DNA from: a virus
Reading direction: 5' to 3' (one strand)
DNA length: 64,000 nt
Virus record (IMG/VR): IMGVR_UViG_3300027791_000015
Location: 5,908-69,907 of that record
In this document: positions 40,601 through 48,182 of the stretch, piece after piece
Layout of the letters: each line of letters begins with the position of its first letter
Position numbering within the stretch: position 1 is the first letter of the stretch
Position numbers and translations under genes: made by a program
The notes under the pieces: model-generated
The model's input: only the letters and a program-made list of their open reading frames with translations
Databases searched by the model: none
What the model was told of the DNA's origin: nothing

Positions 40601-40902
40601 CTATTAATAGCTGTAAGCTGCGATTCAACCTCTACGATTGTACTTACTAGCTTTGTGAAAGATCTTCTTACTCCCTCAATAACTGCAACAGACGCTCCGA
40701 ACGCAATAACACGGGCATTAGAAGCTTCTAGAGACTTAGTAAACTCATCAGCCTTCCCCGTAATACGACCCAAGGCCATCTGACCCTTTTTAGTGTCTAA
40801 ATTAACGCCTTTACGTTCGAGTTTGCGGACAGCGGTATTTACGTTCCGATTTAAATTCCGCGTATCCGCTCCTACTATAATGTCTAAGTCGCTTTGAGCC
40901 AT
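34681..40902 (-). CDS. Tail tape measure protein
   Basis: 2073 aa; TP901-type core (LFDIAKKTGQSFQTVAQTAQEFARQGL...FAVSSDDLAAALARSAAVAQGAGVSFNELLGVITA...GQGLKTAFTRL); Gly/Ala-rich hydrophobic segments; follows the tail tube. Confidence 0.93.
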   Translation of the reverse strand: MAQSDLDIIVGADTRNLNRNVNTAVRKLERKGVNLDTKKGQMALGRITGKADEFTKSLEASNARVIAFGASVAVIEGVRRSFTKLVSTIVEVESQLTAINSILGQSSGTISKFGNELFDIAKKTGQSFQTVAQTAQEFARQGLAVGETLKRTEDSLILVRLTTLKTNEAVAAITATLNGFAKEALTSTEVINKLRAVETSFAVSSDDLAAALARSAAVAQGAGVSFNELLGVITAMKQRTGLGGATLGQGLKTAFTRLSLPNRIAELKDLKVAIDDNSSGMEKLRQVSIAYKAAQDAGNQSLAAQIGQVAAGGFQISKLISAFQDLSSAYSVADSAALKSGEATNEANKANEEYNQTIGGISKQINSNIGKIFNSVGALGTGDAIKDLVGNINSILEAFQGNKLGASNAFIGLLNDAIIGAKNFGFLRDAAEGFAKVLSGPGLVAAAAVVKNLFANTLVQGGASLLSLTGLNKGQKNREQTQTATVALLKQGTEEEKKQFALATSQAQKEQVILGILERQLAIQKAQERSEVRFSEHLRKRGLIISGSAGGYNIKRSTKAIALNRGVSNNAGGTIPEAIIREQNAIGRNVGGATSKAQARVIEKFNYGRGKKGPAVVNSEELIIPNKSGDIVLNKEMMKGGMMNKSTFNYAAGSKREIAIKGKLENGLPLTVKDKEWLRKNAGTNPGGASSRNQNKILPATASAIIKRGGNSIYADNTIGSVRTNRFKERSQGVNPVGRPTAKEATKRNLINKGASGAFENLRSSSFIGPPRGSPTGADNFGEFARRQDSLDNADRIAQEREAKKRRALEAQKIREQELRREKALQRRDIEEDVRRQDQTSRFQGATPVNANTRFSQADRSMVLNDEYRSELKTQMGRRGMSMKDLNSTPEGKKLRQQVRTAVKTSVGNRFFEIDQQIAEQQVKGAQAAIDKQSRKGIGGRLGMPSFRGIEKRFEQDKTMTPMAKKMIKADISNRRFQRNQGIAQRGFLGSMVLSMSAPTIGRGAEFIAGKAGQDEDAAKRTGNIFEGAAQGASTGMSAGSLFGLPAMIAGTVGGAILGGVSSAGKKESPSDILAAQFDKLQETNANSANAIKSFLQSQSLISDLISSGDLDQQKILGIEDATNKTLRESGLTSEQIEKLTSATSNDRGDVAVELQRQLNSQTFEAKNRLDVTKILEDTTGSRVVQTDFSRNREKMIMNLARNGQGQGASGLSMLEGFDKLLSKMGMSSNSFIVEDDPFSDISEDQKKELKNINLSNVDFSAMDQAMKNSGDSIGEFSKSISEGLSSGRFGGIQKALMRLGIDIDDLPSAIRESSDALHEYGNIISESFKSGGGFQDMANRRSMTRTRVGLGINSAAFGRAQMENFNVQRSINNASSFRDQLSGPTEINRERSALLMSGSRFGLTGSGRDDNFNKIQALKVKEEEVLTGTNKNKIFDDTIGGIDELINPIVTSGTSFDEEKLTPVLAKMATGISSLEELNNIRTELKNIFSGTEGVETTLNSLVLSAAESLELEKIASNDRRENINISNNQEAILRKLRTDQSVRSQQGSEMGMSVSEVMGRDDPTIAGKVRAQGEYTSTKGVKKVLTNEAGEIREGFVAALEEKDEDGKFKIDRFTQASMLSEFDRNIKNTGTEVDENGQFKFNKYDVAGRANEAIRRMGEGQYGSRMETAGFGVLTNEITSRGKTNDALIASTPSSVREAFTERKDVVNRDAGLSGLVVPQNKEQARLRDQYIKEYSRIQNNNNLGRYDGPKSFHTKSGMETTERHQIDQSAIFNNPFKNAYSERGMFNHGTEMYDQIFNSSVLESGDFDIKSGMPLDFNKNNARLGYGAASMAPVGVDLDDPRENYMFSQSQGKSDNAAFRSMMGLPNLIEGGDANAYQYGTDSAVKDTKPAPEETTNPLIEELKKTNTALSALAESKNNTDFLTEILRSLEQGKSDKTITGDEMGTAIKAIDDFKSSDKTQGDRGNLEAVIQKLVENQEITFSELLEQIKQDKQNSNVEQLADLNQNIATFITTLNEGVESKVETFNNFTLSFDGVEENFANTEAMIESMRTRLEGLEASLRGDVVAPA

Positions 40903-40914
40903 AACCTAGTTATT

Positions 40915-40942
40915 ATTACATTAAATACAAAACAAAGTGAAA
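40915..40942 (-). promoter_or_regulatory. Putative phage late promoter
   Basis: TTTCAC-N16-TGTAAT, 12 nt before ATG 40902; upstream box overlaps the terminator U-tract. Confidence 0.75.
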
Positions 40943-40971
40943 AAAAAATCCCACCGTTTCCAGTGGGATTT
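40940..40971 (-). terminator. Rho-independent terminator after tail tube gene
   Basis: Minus strand AAATCCCACTG-GAAA-CGGTGGGA then T9 (GNRA loop). Confidence 0.85.
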
Positions 40972-41000
40972 AATAATATATTTTAATAGATCTTTAATTA

Positions 41001-42074
41001 CTATTCACTACTACCATCCAAGAAAATACCTCTTGTAGTATCGCTAGCCGCTCCAATTGGAACCGTAAAGCTTACCGAACCGTTTCTGTCAGAACCAATA
41101 TCTGTAGAAGTGTTCTCGCTTTCAAAGAATGCGCCTTTAATCTCAATCTTAAATGTCTCAGATTTTGCGCTACCTACACATGGTGAAGCAGTAATAGTGA
41201 AGTCAAAACTGGTTGCTGAGCAGGAAGTAAAAAGGTCTGAAAGACTACCCTCAACTATGTCGGTTACTGCAAAATCCAAAGATACTGTTGCATTAATAGG
41301 TGTTTGAAGCGGACGAGCAAATACGAAGTCACTACCAAGTCTTTCCAGCGCCTCACGAGGCAAATCAACAGAAACTGAGAATGATTGAACATTTGCTTTG
41401 CTAAGATCTACACCCAACAAAGTGGTTGGTAGTCCAGCAATTGCAATATCGCCCTTTTTGATAACTGATGGCATCCCAACTTCCCCAGTTGTTCCAGCAG
41501 GTATTGTATAAGTCGTGGTAAGAGCTGTTCCGTCAGTTGGGTTAATCGCAGGAATAACAACAGCTCCAGCCGCGTCTTTAATTGAGTAGTTTGATCCTTC
41601 GATAGAAACACTAGATTCCATAAATCCTCCAACAGATGCGGAGACGGAGTAAGAGGAAACAAATCCATTTCCGATACCTACAACAAAATCTTCTGTAGCT
41701 ACTGGAGTACGACCAACGACATCTACGCCCTGCTTTGTAAACAGAGAGAAATAATTCTTATCATCTTGAGTTCCATCTAAAAAGAAGCTGGCAATGGACT
41801 TGCTGCCATCGATTGGCATTCCTAATGCTGCTTCATTATGACCGTCAGTTGTGTAATATGTAAACTCCATTGTCGGAGTAGGTGAAGAATTTACCACCTT
41901 GTCCAAAGCCGCTGTCTGACCAAATTGATTAACGTCCTCCAAGGGGAGGTCAAAAGTGTCACTAACAGATTGGACACGGTGTAATTGTATAATAGCGGCG
42001 TGAGCGCCTGTTGAAGGGGTGGGACCAACAAAAAGTCCAGCTGATCCATATTTTACTTGTGTTCTTGATGCCAT
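41001..42074 (-). CDS. Major tail (tube) protein
   Basis: 357 aa, S/T/G/V-rich, upstream of the tape measure, with its own promoter and terminator; internal duplication of VQS.S...DLP.E....G. Confidence 0.8.
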   Translation of the reverse strand: MASRTQVKYGSAGLFVGPTPSTGAHAAIIQLHRVQSVSDTFDLPLEDVNQFGQTAALDKVVNSSPTPTMEFTYYTTDGHNEAALGMPIDGSKSIASFFLDGTQDDKNYFSLFTKQGVDVVGRTPVATEDFVVGIGNGFVSSYSVSASVGGFMESSVSIEGSNYSIKDAAGAVVIPAINPTDGTALTTTYTIPAGTTGEVGMPSVIKKGDIAIAGLPTTLLGVDLSKANVQSFSVSVDLPREALERLGSDFVFARPLQTPINATVSLDFAVTDIVEGSLSDLFTSCSATSFDFTITASPCVGSAKSETFKIEIKGAFFESENTSTDIGSDRNGSVSFTVPIGAASDTTRGIFLDGSSE

Positions 42075-42106
42075 AATTTAAAAAATGTTTGAGGGTTGTA
42101 TTTTAT

Positions 42107-42134
42107 ATTACAAATTTTTTTATTAAATGAGAAA
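42107..42134 (-). promoter_or_regulatory. Putative phage late promoter
   Basis: TTTCTC-N16-TGTAAT, directly after the upstream stop. Confidence 0.75.
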
Positions 42135-42989
42135 TCAAATTCTTGGAAATTTATAGCACAACAATCTAAACTCTGCATAACCTAAATAAAAGTTATCTGC
42201 ACCCTTAGATGAAATTTTTGTGGTATTAACTATAACTCTATCTACGTTTGCTTTTTGCATTGAATCTGGATATTTCGAATATAAACCAGTATAATTAAAT
42301 TCACCATTTTTCAAATCTCCGTAAATATTAAAAGGTATATCTTCAAAATCTATAATTGGAAAGCAAGTTTGAGTCAAGTCTTCAAAAATACTTAATGCTC
42401 CATCCATTAAATAGGCATTGTCCGAAATAACAACAGCTTGATAATTTGATTCATTCTCGTCCATTCCCCCCAAAGCGAATGGGTTATTTCTGCTGTCTTT
42501 ATGGCTTAAAATAACACAGGGAGCATTAATCTTTAGATCGTTTGATCCTGTAATCGGATCTATAGGATCTTCGGAGTTAAAAGATTTCTCCATAAATAAC
42601 TCCACATCTTTTTCGTTTCTAAAGTAAAAGTTTAAGTCTTTCTTTGCATAAGTTGCTGATCCTGAAATAGTTCCGCTATGATATGCTCCTCCGTTCATAA
42701 AGTTTAAATTAACTCCGCTAACATCTCTATCAATAAAATTGGTCACTATTTCGCCTGATACTATCTCTGAATAACTAACCCCAGTAGGAATAGCGGCTCC
42801 CAAAACAGACGAATCATAAACCCATTGTGCGTCAGAACTAGATGAAAAATTCAGTCCATTAAACGGCATTTGGTTAGAAGGATAAAGTTCTCCAGTTACA
42901 TTCGTATAAGCCTGCCCTTTGTTAAGAACTTTATGTTCTAAAAAGAAAGCCAAGCTGGAACCTAATTTATGTTTAAACTGTGGATTCAT
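42135..42989 (-). CDS. Putative tail terminator/completion protein
   Basis: Directly upstream of the tube gene; APCVIL...NPFALGG...YQAVVISDN pattern. Confidence 0.55.
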   Translation of the reverse strand: MNPQFKHKLGSSLAFFLEHKVLNKGQAYTNVTGELYPSNQMPFNGLNFSSSSDAQWVYDSSVLGAAIPTGVSYSEIVSGEIVTNFIDRDVSGVNLNFMNGGAYHSGTISGSATYAKKDLNFYFRNEKDVELFMEKSFNSEDPIDPITGSNDLKINAPCVILSHKDSRNNPFALGGMDENESNYQAVVISDNAYLMDGALSIFEDLTQTCFPIIDFEDIPFNIYGDLKNGEFNYTGLYSKYPDSMQKANVDRVIVNTTKISSKGADNFYLGYAEFRLLCYKFPRI

Positions 42990-42992
42990 AAT

Positions 42993-43568
42993 TTATTTTT
43001 TTGTTAAATTTTCTGAGAAATACTTCCTAATTCTTTGGATATATCCCCCATCCATAAGTGGTGTTATTGGGTCTTCAACATTTCCTTTGAGCTGCAAACC
43101 AAATTCTGAACGACCTTTTCCTGGTCTGAAAGCGAACTTTTCTACTCCACCCAATCCTCTTTCAACCCCCTCGACCCAAGTTTTTGATATCCAAGGAAGA
43201 CTTAAAATAGATTCTGAGTAAATATCTTTAGAGCTGGGAAACTTTATTTTAAATTCATATGTGGCTTGCCTCGCAGAGGCAGTTTTTCTAGTTCTTACAG
43301 TGCTATTAGAAGTGATTCCAATTCGGCTGTCCACAACTCGTTTTAGGTTTTCTACTGGTAATTCTCCCCCTTCAAAACCAAAATATCCGATAGTTTTTGG
43401 ATCTCCTTCTATTTTCCTAGATACAGGATCAGCATCGATATCTGCATCTAACATTGATTTAGCAATATTTACCTGTCTTTCAGCTTTGCGTCTCATAAAG
43501 TTTTTAGCCTTTTGACCAGTCAAACTTTTTTGGATCTTAGCATTTATTCTTCTTTTAAAAATTGCCAT
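42993..43568 (-). CDS. Putative neck/tail completion protein (basic)
   Basis: Basic 191-aa protein in the canonical slot between stopper and terminator. Confidence 0.5.
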   Translation of the reverse strand: MAIFKRRINAKIQKSLTGQKAKNFMRRKAERQVNIAKSMLDADIDADPVSRKIEGDPKTIGYFGFEGGELPVENLKRVVDSRIGITSNSTVRTRKTASARQATYEFKIKFPSSKDIYSESILSLPWISKTWVEGVERGLGGVEKFAFRPGKGRSEFGLQLKGNVEDPITPLMDGGYIQRIRKYFSENLTKK

Positions 43569-43575
43569 AGATATT

Positions 43576-43603
43576 ATTACACAAAAGCATTCCTCCAGAG
43601 AAC
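43576..43603 (-). promoter_or_regulatory. Putative phage late promoter
   Basis: GTTCTC-N16-TGTAAT, 7 nt before ATG 43568. Confidence 0.75.
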
Positions 43604-43607
43604 TTTG

Positions 43608-44063
43608 CTATCTTATCTCTTCAAAGTAAAATCTATAAAAATTATCCTTCAAAAGACCGTGTTTTGAAGATTCAGATCTACGACGGTAGTAACTTCCATT
43701 CCATTCAATCTTTTCTGCATTTTCAAGTAGAGAGTTGCCTGTTGAATCTGTAATAACCTTTAATATTGTCTGTGCAGTCTCTGGCAACGGCTCCGAATTT
43801 CCTGCAAAATTTAGTTTGTAAAAATTTTCAGACCCATTAACAAAGGATGTTCTTGCATAAAATAATCCACTCTGCTTTGTAGTAACAACCTCACTATTAA
43901 GTGGGGAATTATCATAAAACGCATTATGATTTATATTGTGAGAAACTACCGTTTGAGTGCCTTCTGAAATTGCATAAAAAGGATTTTTCGTAGCAAAGTT
44001 ATAATGAAGTTGCGAGAATGCCTCATTTACTGCTGATTCCTGATCTTCTGTCAAATAGCCCAT
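43608..44063 (-). CDS. Putative head closure (stopper) protein
   Basis: Beta-rich, KIEWNGSYY near the C-terminus; the ATG at 44063 overlaps the upstream TAA (preferred over 44072). Confidence 0.5.
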   Translation of the reverse strand: MGYLTEDQESAVNEAFSQLHYNFATKNPFYAISEGTQTVVSHNINHNAFYDNSPLNSEVVTTKQSGLFYARTSFVNGSENFYKLNFAGNSEPLPETAQTILKVITDSTGNSLLENAEKIEWNGSYYRRRSESSKHGLLKDNFYRFYFEEIR

Positions 44064-44518
44064 TATTGCCAATGTCCAGTCCAGCTCTGCCTTGTATCTC
44101 TTGGTCCGCTCCTATTGTGTTTCCACAAATTTGCTAAATTATCAGCTTCCACATCTGACTCTTTAGCCAAATCGCTATAGGCACGAGCCACCTGTTTAGG
44201 CTGAACAAAGGTAACAGAAGATTGATCGTCTCTAAGAGATAAAATGTTATTATTGCTAGTTGACATCAAAGCAGTTCTAGCTTTGTTTTTATAATAAAAT
44301 CCGTAATATATAGCTTTTAAAATACCCTTTTCGTCGTCTCCAAGTTGTGGGTAATAGTCGCCAGATTCGTAACAATAGAAGGTTGAAATTTTATTATTTA
44401 ATTTTCCGACGTTTGATTCTAACCAATAAAAAATACTACCAGTTGTGGGAGTAGCTGGTGCGTCCAGTTCTTGATGTATTTCATAGGCCAAGCCTGAAAT
44501 TGGTTGAAATTGTGCCAT
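44063..44518 (-). CDS. Putative head-tail adaptor
   Basis: Helical N-terminus plus ILSLRDDQSSVTF hairpin typical of adaptors; start moved to 44518 (MAQF) by the promoter motif. Confidence 0.55.
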   Translation of the reverse strand: MAQFQPISGLAYEIHQELDAPATPTTGSIFYWLESNVGKLNNKISTFYCYESGDYYPQLGDDEKGILKAIYYGFYYKNKARTALMSTSNNNILSLRDDQSSVTFVQPKQVARAYSDLAKESDVEADNLANLWKHNRSGPRDTRQSWTGHWQ

Positions 44519-44525
44519 GTTTATT

Positions 44526-44553
44526 ATTACACAAAAAGGCAAAAATGGAGAAC
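44526..44553 (-). promoter_or_regulatory. Putative phage late promoter
   Basis: GTTCTC-N16-TGTAAT, 7 nt before ATG 44518. Confidence 0.75.
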
Positions 44554-44589
44554 CTTCTTATATTTACTTTTTTATAATTCGGTAATGAT

Positions 44590-45216
44590 TTATGGTCTAT
44601 ACGCCCAATTCATTAAACTAACGTCCCTTTTAGAAGGACAAGTAATTTGTCGTCCATCTTTTTTGATATTAGTTTTTTTGCCCTGTTCCATTCCCTTCAT
44701 GCGAGATACAAAACTTATTGTCCTGTTTGCGGATTTAACGTCGCTCATAGTCCACTCACTCTTCTTTTTAGATAGTAATCTCAAATTCCTTTCAATTGGC
44801 CCGCGAGATAGACTAGCAGTTTTGCTGCATGGACTTTCTGACCATTTCTTCAAAGAGCTATAACCCATATTTACAGTGCTTTTGTATTTGCTGTAAACTT
44901 CGTCAATCTTATCTTTATTGTCTTCTGCAATAATTTTTTCAACTTCTAAGCCAAATTCTTCACAGTAATTGCTATAATCCCTGTCTGCCGCGACTTCAAA
45001 TTCATAAAGGTCTAAATCAATTTCATAACCCTTTACTAATTTTTTAACCTGCTTGTTGCTAGGCTTCTTACCTTCTTTATTGGTTTTACCTCCCCGCTTT
45101 TCATACTCTTTAAGAACCCACATATGCTTAACATAGGAATTCTTGTTGAATTTTCTATCAGCCTCTTTCTTTACTCGTTCGTAAAGATCTTCATTTAAAA
45201 AGGTTATTTTTGCCAT
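44590..45216 (-). CDS. Basic two-domain protein, C-terminal DUF3140-like
   Basis: VNMGYSSLKKW...LLSKKKSEWT...SLMNWAYRP matches the recalled DUF3140 pattern (VNM...L..W...SLMNWGHDP); N-terminal LYERVKKEADRKF...WVLKEYEKRGGK viral motif. Confidence 0.6.
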   Translation of the reverse strand: MAKITFLNEDLYERVKKEADRKFNKNSYVKHMWVLKEYEKRGGKTNKEGKKPSNKQVKKLVKGYEIDLDLYEFEVAADRDYSNYCEEFGLEVEKIIAEDNKDKIDEVYSKYKSTVNMGYSSLKKWSESPCSKTASLSRGPIERNLRLLSKKKSEWTMSDVKSANRTISFVSRMKGMEQGKKTNIKKDGRQITCPSKRDVSLMNWAYRP

Positions 45217-45224
45217 AAAGTTTT

Positions 45225-45545
45225 TTATTTACCCTTAGCTAAGATTTTTTCTAATTCCCCTTGTTTTTTCTTGGTCATTTTTTTTCTCTCTCCAGCCTGT
45301 GTAATCTTTTGACCCATTTCTTTTCTAAAAGCGTCTACACAGCGCTTCTCGAAGCTTGGACGGCCTTTTGTACGATTATTAGGCCTTATACCATATTGAG
45401 ACATACCATGTCTGTATAACGAATCTACGTCCATTTTGGCGATCTTACATGCGTAATCTACTGCTCCAGAGCAACCTAAAACTGCCTGTTTATTCCCCAG
45501 AGCTTTATTAAGCTGGTCATTTCCTATTCTTCCATTTATTTTCAT
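45225..45545 (-). CDS. Basic hypothetical protein in head module
   Basis: 106 aa, downstream of the capsid terminator, with its own promoter motif. Confidence 0.65.
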   Translation of the reverse strand: MKINGRIGNDQLNKALGNKQAVLGCSGAVDYACKIAKMDVDSLYRHGMSQYGIRPNNRTKGRPSFEKRCVDAFRKEMGQKITQAGERKKMTKKKQGELEKILAKGK

Positions 45546-45564
45546 AATTTTACTTTCACCGCTG

Positions 45565-45592
45565 TTTACAGTTAAAACGCCTTTTAGTGAAA
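45565..45592 (-). promoter_or_regulatory. Putative phage late promoter
   Basis: TTTCAC-N16-TGTAAA. Confidence 0.7.
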
Positions 45593-45624
45593 TTTATCCA
45601 CCTCATTCCTCGTAAATAGACAAT

Positions 45625-45650
45625 AAAAAAACCCACTCCGAAGAGTGGGC
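45625..45650 (-). terminator. Rho-independent terminator after major capsid gene
   Basis: Minus strand GCCCACTC-TTCG-GAGTGGG-TTTTTTT (C(UUCG)G tetraloop). Confidence 0.9.
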
Positions 45651-45674
45651 TTTTGTAAATACTTTGGATATCGA

Positions 45675-46826
45675 TTAGACGATAAGACCGAACAGATTGC
45701 GAGGCTCTACTGCAAGGTAACCAACTTCAGCTTCACCGAACATGCCAGTCTTGCCCTCACGAGCAACAAACTGATCGTCAGGAGAAACATTGAAGTTTGC
45801 ACCAGTTTCACCGTCTGCGATTTCAACCTTAAGAAGACCGTTAACATCAATCTTACGAGAGATGCCTAGAACGAACTGTTCACTTCCACCAGCAAATACA
45901 CTGGTTGTGCTAGAGTCGAATTTTTCACCAATATCAGGGAACTCAGTATTACCAGCAAGAGTATCGAAGATGGTATTGAAGTCTTGTCCAAGGCCCATTT
46001 CGTTAAGCTGAATAATTTCAGTTCCGTAGATTGAAGGAAGACCGCCAGCAGCATAGACTGCTTCACGAACGCTTTCAGGAGCAGAAACTGCTGTTGCACC
46101 ACTAGTCGTTTCAGTACCAGCGCGAGTATTCATTGGCTGATAAGCAATTGCACGAATCTCTTCGACCATTTCAGGAGACATTACCAGAGTATCGATAGCA
46201 CGAGTGCTATTGTCGAGACCTGCTGGTGTATCACCAAGACCAGAACTTAAGACACGAGCAGCCATTGTTTGAAGACGGTTAAAGTCATCAAGTCCAAGTT
46301 GACCTGCTGTGTTCGAACGGATAAGGTGTTTACCACCGTTAGTTGTCGAATTTGCAAGTGAATCTAGGATAGGCTGGATGCCTTGGCGTTTCATCTTGAA
46401 GCGAACTTCGTTGATAAGCTTGCGGATACCGTTCTCTGCGTGGCTGATACGACCAGCTTTAAGATACTTCTTATAGAACGCAATTGCGGAACTAATGAAA
46501 GCAGTGCTGAAAGCAACGTCGTCTGCACCAGTAAGTTGGTTGTAAGCAAGATCTCCTGGGCGGCTTGAGAACGATACACGAACATAATCTGCTTCAGAAA
46601 TGTTATGATAGTCATCAAGAGGGATAGTACGAGGCTCATACTCACCAACAGAAAGAGTGTCGTAGAAACCGTCGATTACGTTTGTTTCATCAAGTACTTT
46701 CTTAGCAAGAGGACCGACAAGACTAGCGAATACTCTCATTGCATCACGAGATGCTTCGTTGTCACGAGATCCCATAGCTTTGATAAGTTCGATATGTTCA
46801 GTTTTTTCTTTTAATTTAATTTTCAT
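45675..46826 (-). CDS. Major capsid protein
   Basis: 383 aa after protease/scaffold and decoration genes; TLVMSPEMVEEIR and LPSIYGTEII are HK97-fold-like; biased codon use; strong terminator. Confidence 0.85.
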   Translation of the reverse strand: MKIKLKEKTEHIELIKAMGSRDNEASRDAMRVFASLVGPLAKKVLDETNVIDGFYDTLSVGEYEPRTIPLDDYHNISEADYVRVSFSSRPGDLAYNQLTGADDVAFSTAFISSAIAFYKKYLKAGRISHAENGIRKLINEVRFKMKRQGIQPILDSLANSTTNGGKHLIRSNTAGQLGLDDFNRLQTMAARVLSSGLGDTPAGLDNSTRAIDTLVMSPEMVEEIRAIAYQPMNTRAGTETTSGATAVSAPESVREAVYAAGGLPSIYGTEIIQLNEMGLGQDFNTIFDTLAGNTEFPDIGEKFDSSTTSVFAGGSEQFVLGISRKIDVNGLLKVEIADGETGANFNVSPDDQFVAREGKTGMFGEAEVGYLAVEPRNLFGLIV

Positions 46827-46846
46827 ATAAATAATTCCGTTTCTGA

Positions 46847-47419
46847 TTAGAGGGTTAGTTCGATGTTAACATCGCCTTGGCGAGTTCCAGCGGAAGAAAG
46901 AACTTTAGCTACAAGCGTTCCATCAGCAGCAGCGTCACCCGGAAGTACAACTCTGAATCCACCATCAGCATTAGCTGCAAGACCAGAGCCAGGCTGAGGG
47001 TTACCAGCGATACAGCTGTTAGAAACCCAGAAGTTACCGCGAGTAGCGATTTGGACTGGTTTGCCAGAAGCAACGAAGCCATTTTCGTCAGCCCAACGTT
47101 GGTTGAAGCCGTCGATTTGGTTTCCGTGATCGTCTGTTACTGCAGTTCCTTCTAGTGTGATACCTAGAATGCTACCAGCGAAATCTCCGCTGACAGCTTT
47201 TTCAACAGTCCAAGGAGATTGGAATTTATTAGAGTAGACGCCGTCATGAGAAGCGCCCACTGATTGACCTTGGGCGTAGTAGTTGTCGTTGTCTGGGTCA
47301 AAAGTTTTAACCTTGACAAGATCACCAGCTACACCAGTAAATTCTGCTCTTAGATGCGAACGAATGTCGTGCGGAGCAATATTACGAGATGGTTTTAGTT
47401 TTAAATCTTTGTATGCCAT
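46847..47419 (-). CDS. Capsid decoration/cement protein
   Basis: 190 aa just upstream of the capsid gene; ILGITL...VASGKPVQIATRG...GSGLAANADG beta-tulip-like pattern. Confidence 0.7.
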   Translation of the reverse strand: MAYKDLKLKPSRNIAPHDIRSHLRAEFTGVAGDLVKVKTFDPDNDNYYAQGQSVGASHDGVYSNKFQSPWTVEKAVSGDFAGSILGITLEGTAVTDDHGNQIDGFNQRWADENGFVASGKPVQIATRGNFWVSNSCIAGNPQPGSGLAANADGGFRVVLPGDAAADGTLVAKVLSSAGTRQGDVNIELTL

Positions 47420-47440
47420 AATTTTAGTTAGTTAGATGTT

Positions 47441-47468
47441 ATTACAATAATTGTTTTACGATGTGAAA
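47441..47468 (-). promoter_or_regulatory. Putative phage late promoter
   Basis: TTTCAC-N16-TGTAAT driving decoration + capsid genes. Confidence 0.8.
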
Positions 47469-48182
47469 TTATTTTCCTTCAAGCTCCAATTCAAAGTTGC
47501 TGAACTGGTCTTCAAGTGAAACTTTTTCTTCATGTTGGGTCGATGCTACTTCTTGCTTTACATCTTCTTGTGCAGATGCGATAAGCTTTTCAGCGTCTTC
47601 CTTTTCACGAGATTCTTTTTGCTCTTCAGTTTCTTCAGTTGAAGCTTTGGCTTTTACAGCTTCTTCTTCTTCTTGTTTCTTCATTTCTTCAGCTTTTTTC
47701 ATTTTGTAGTCTTTAGACTTTTCTTTGGCAAAAACTTTGAAATCTCCGAGCCAAGCATCGTAACCACCTTCATCAAGACCTTTTATTTGTTTAGCAATGA
47801 CTTTAGAGTCATCAGCTTCAAGATCATAATCTTTTTCTAGTGCTTCCATGCGTTCGCTGAAAATGCGACTTTGTTCTTCCGCAACAAGTTTGGCTTTGAT
47901 CTCTTCCAGTTCTTTGTCAGAAGCTTCGGATTTCTCCTTGAGCTCTGTAAGTTCTGCTTCAATTTTAGCTTTTTCTTCTGCGGCCATTGTTTTAGCTTCT
48001 TCGAGTTCTTTTTTCTCGGTAGCGAACTTGGCACTCTCATCACGGATCGCATCAGCAATTGCAGAAGCAGTCACTTTATCGAAATTTGCTTCAAGAGAGG
48101 CAAGGAGTTTATGATCAACTTCTTCGCTTTCGCAAACAGAAGCCAATACAGTTTTATAATCTTCTTGATTTTTAATTTTCAT
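47469..48182 (-). CDS. Nested in-frame scaffolding protein (237 aa, from Met386)
   Basis: In-frame ATG (MKIKNQEDY) at the start of the coiled-coil region, 13 nt after an internal promoter motif. Confidence 0.65.
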   Translation of the reverse strand: MKIKNQEDYKTVLASVCESEEVDHKLLASLEANFDKVTASAIADAIRDESAKFATEKKELEEAKTMAAEEKAKIEAELTELKEKSEASDKELEEIKAKLVAEEQSRIFSERMEALEKDYDLEADDSKVIAKQIKGLDEGGYDAWLGDFKVFAKEKSKDYKMKKAEEMKKQEEEEAVKAKASTEETEEQKESREKEDAEKLIASAQEDVKQEVASTQHEEKVSLEDQFSNFELELEGK

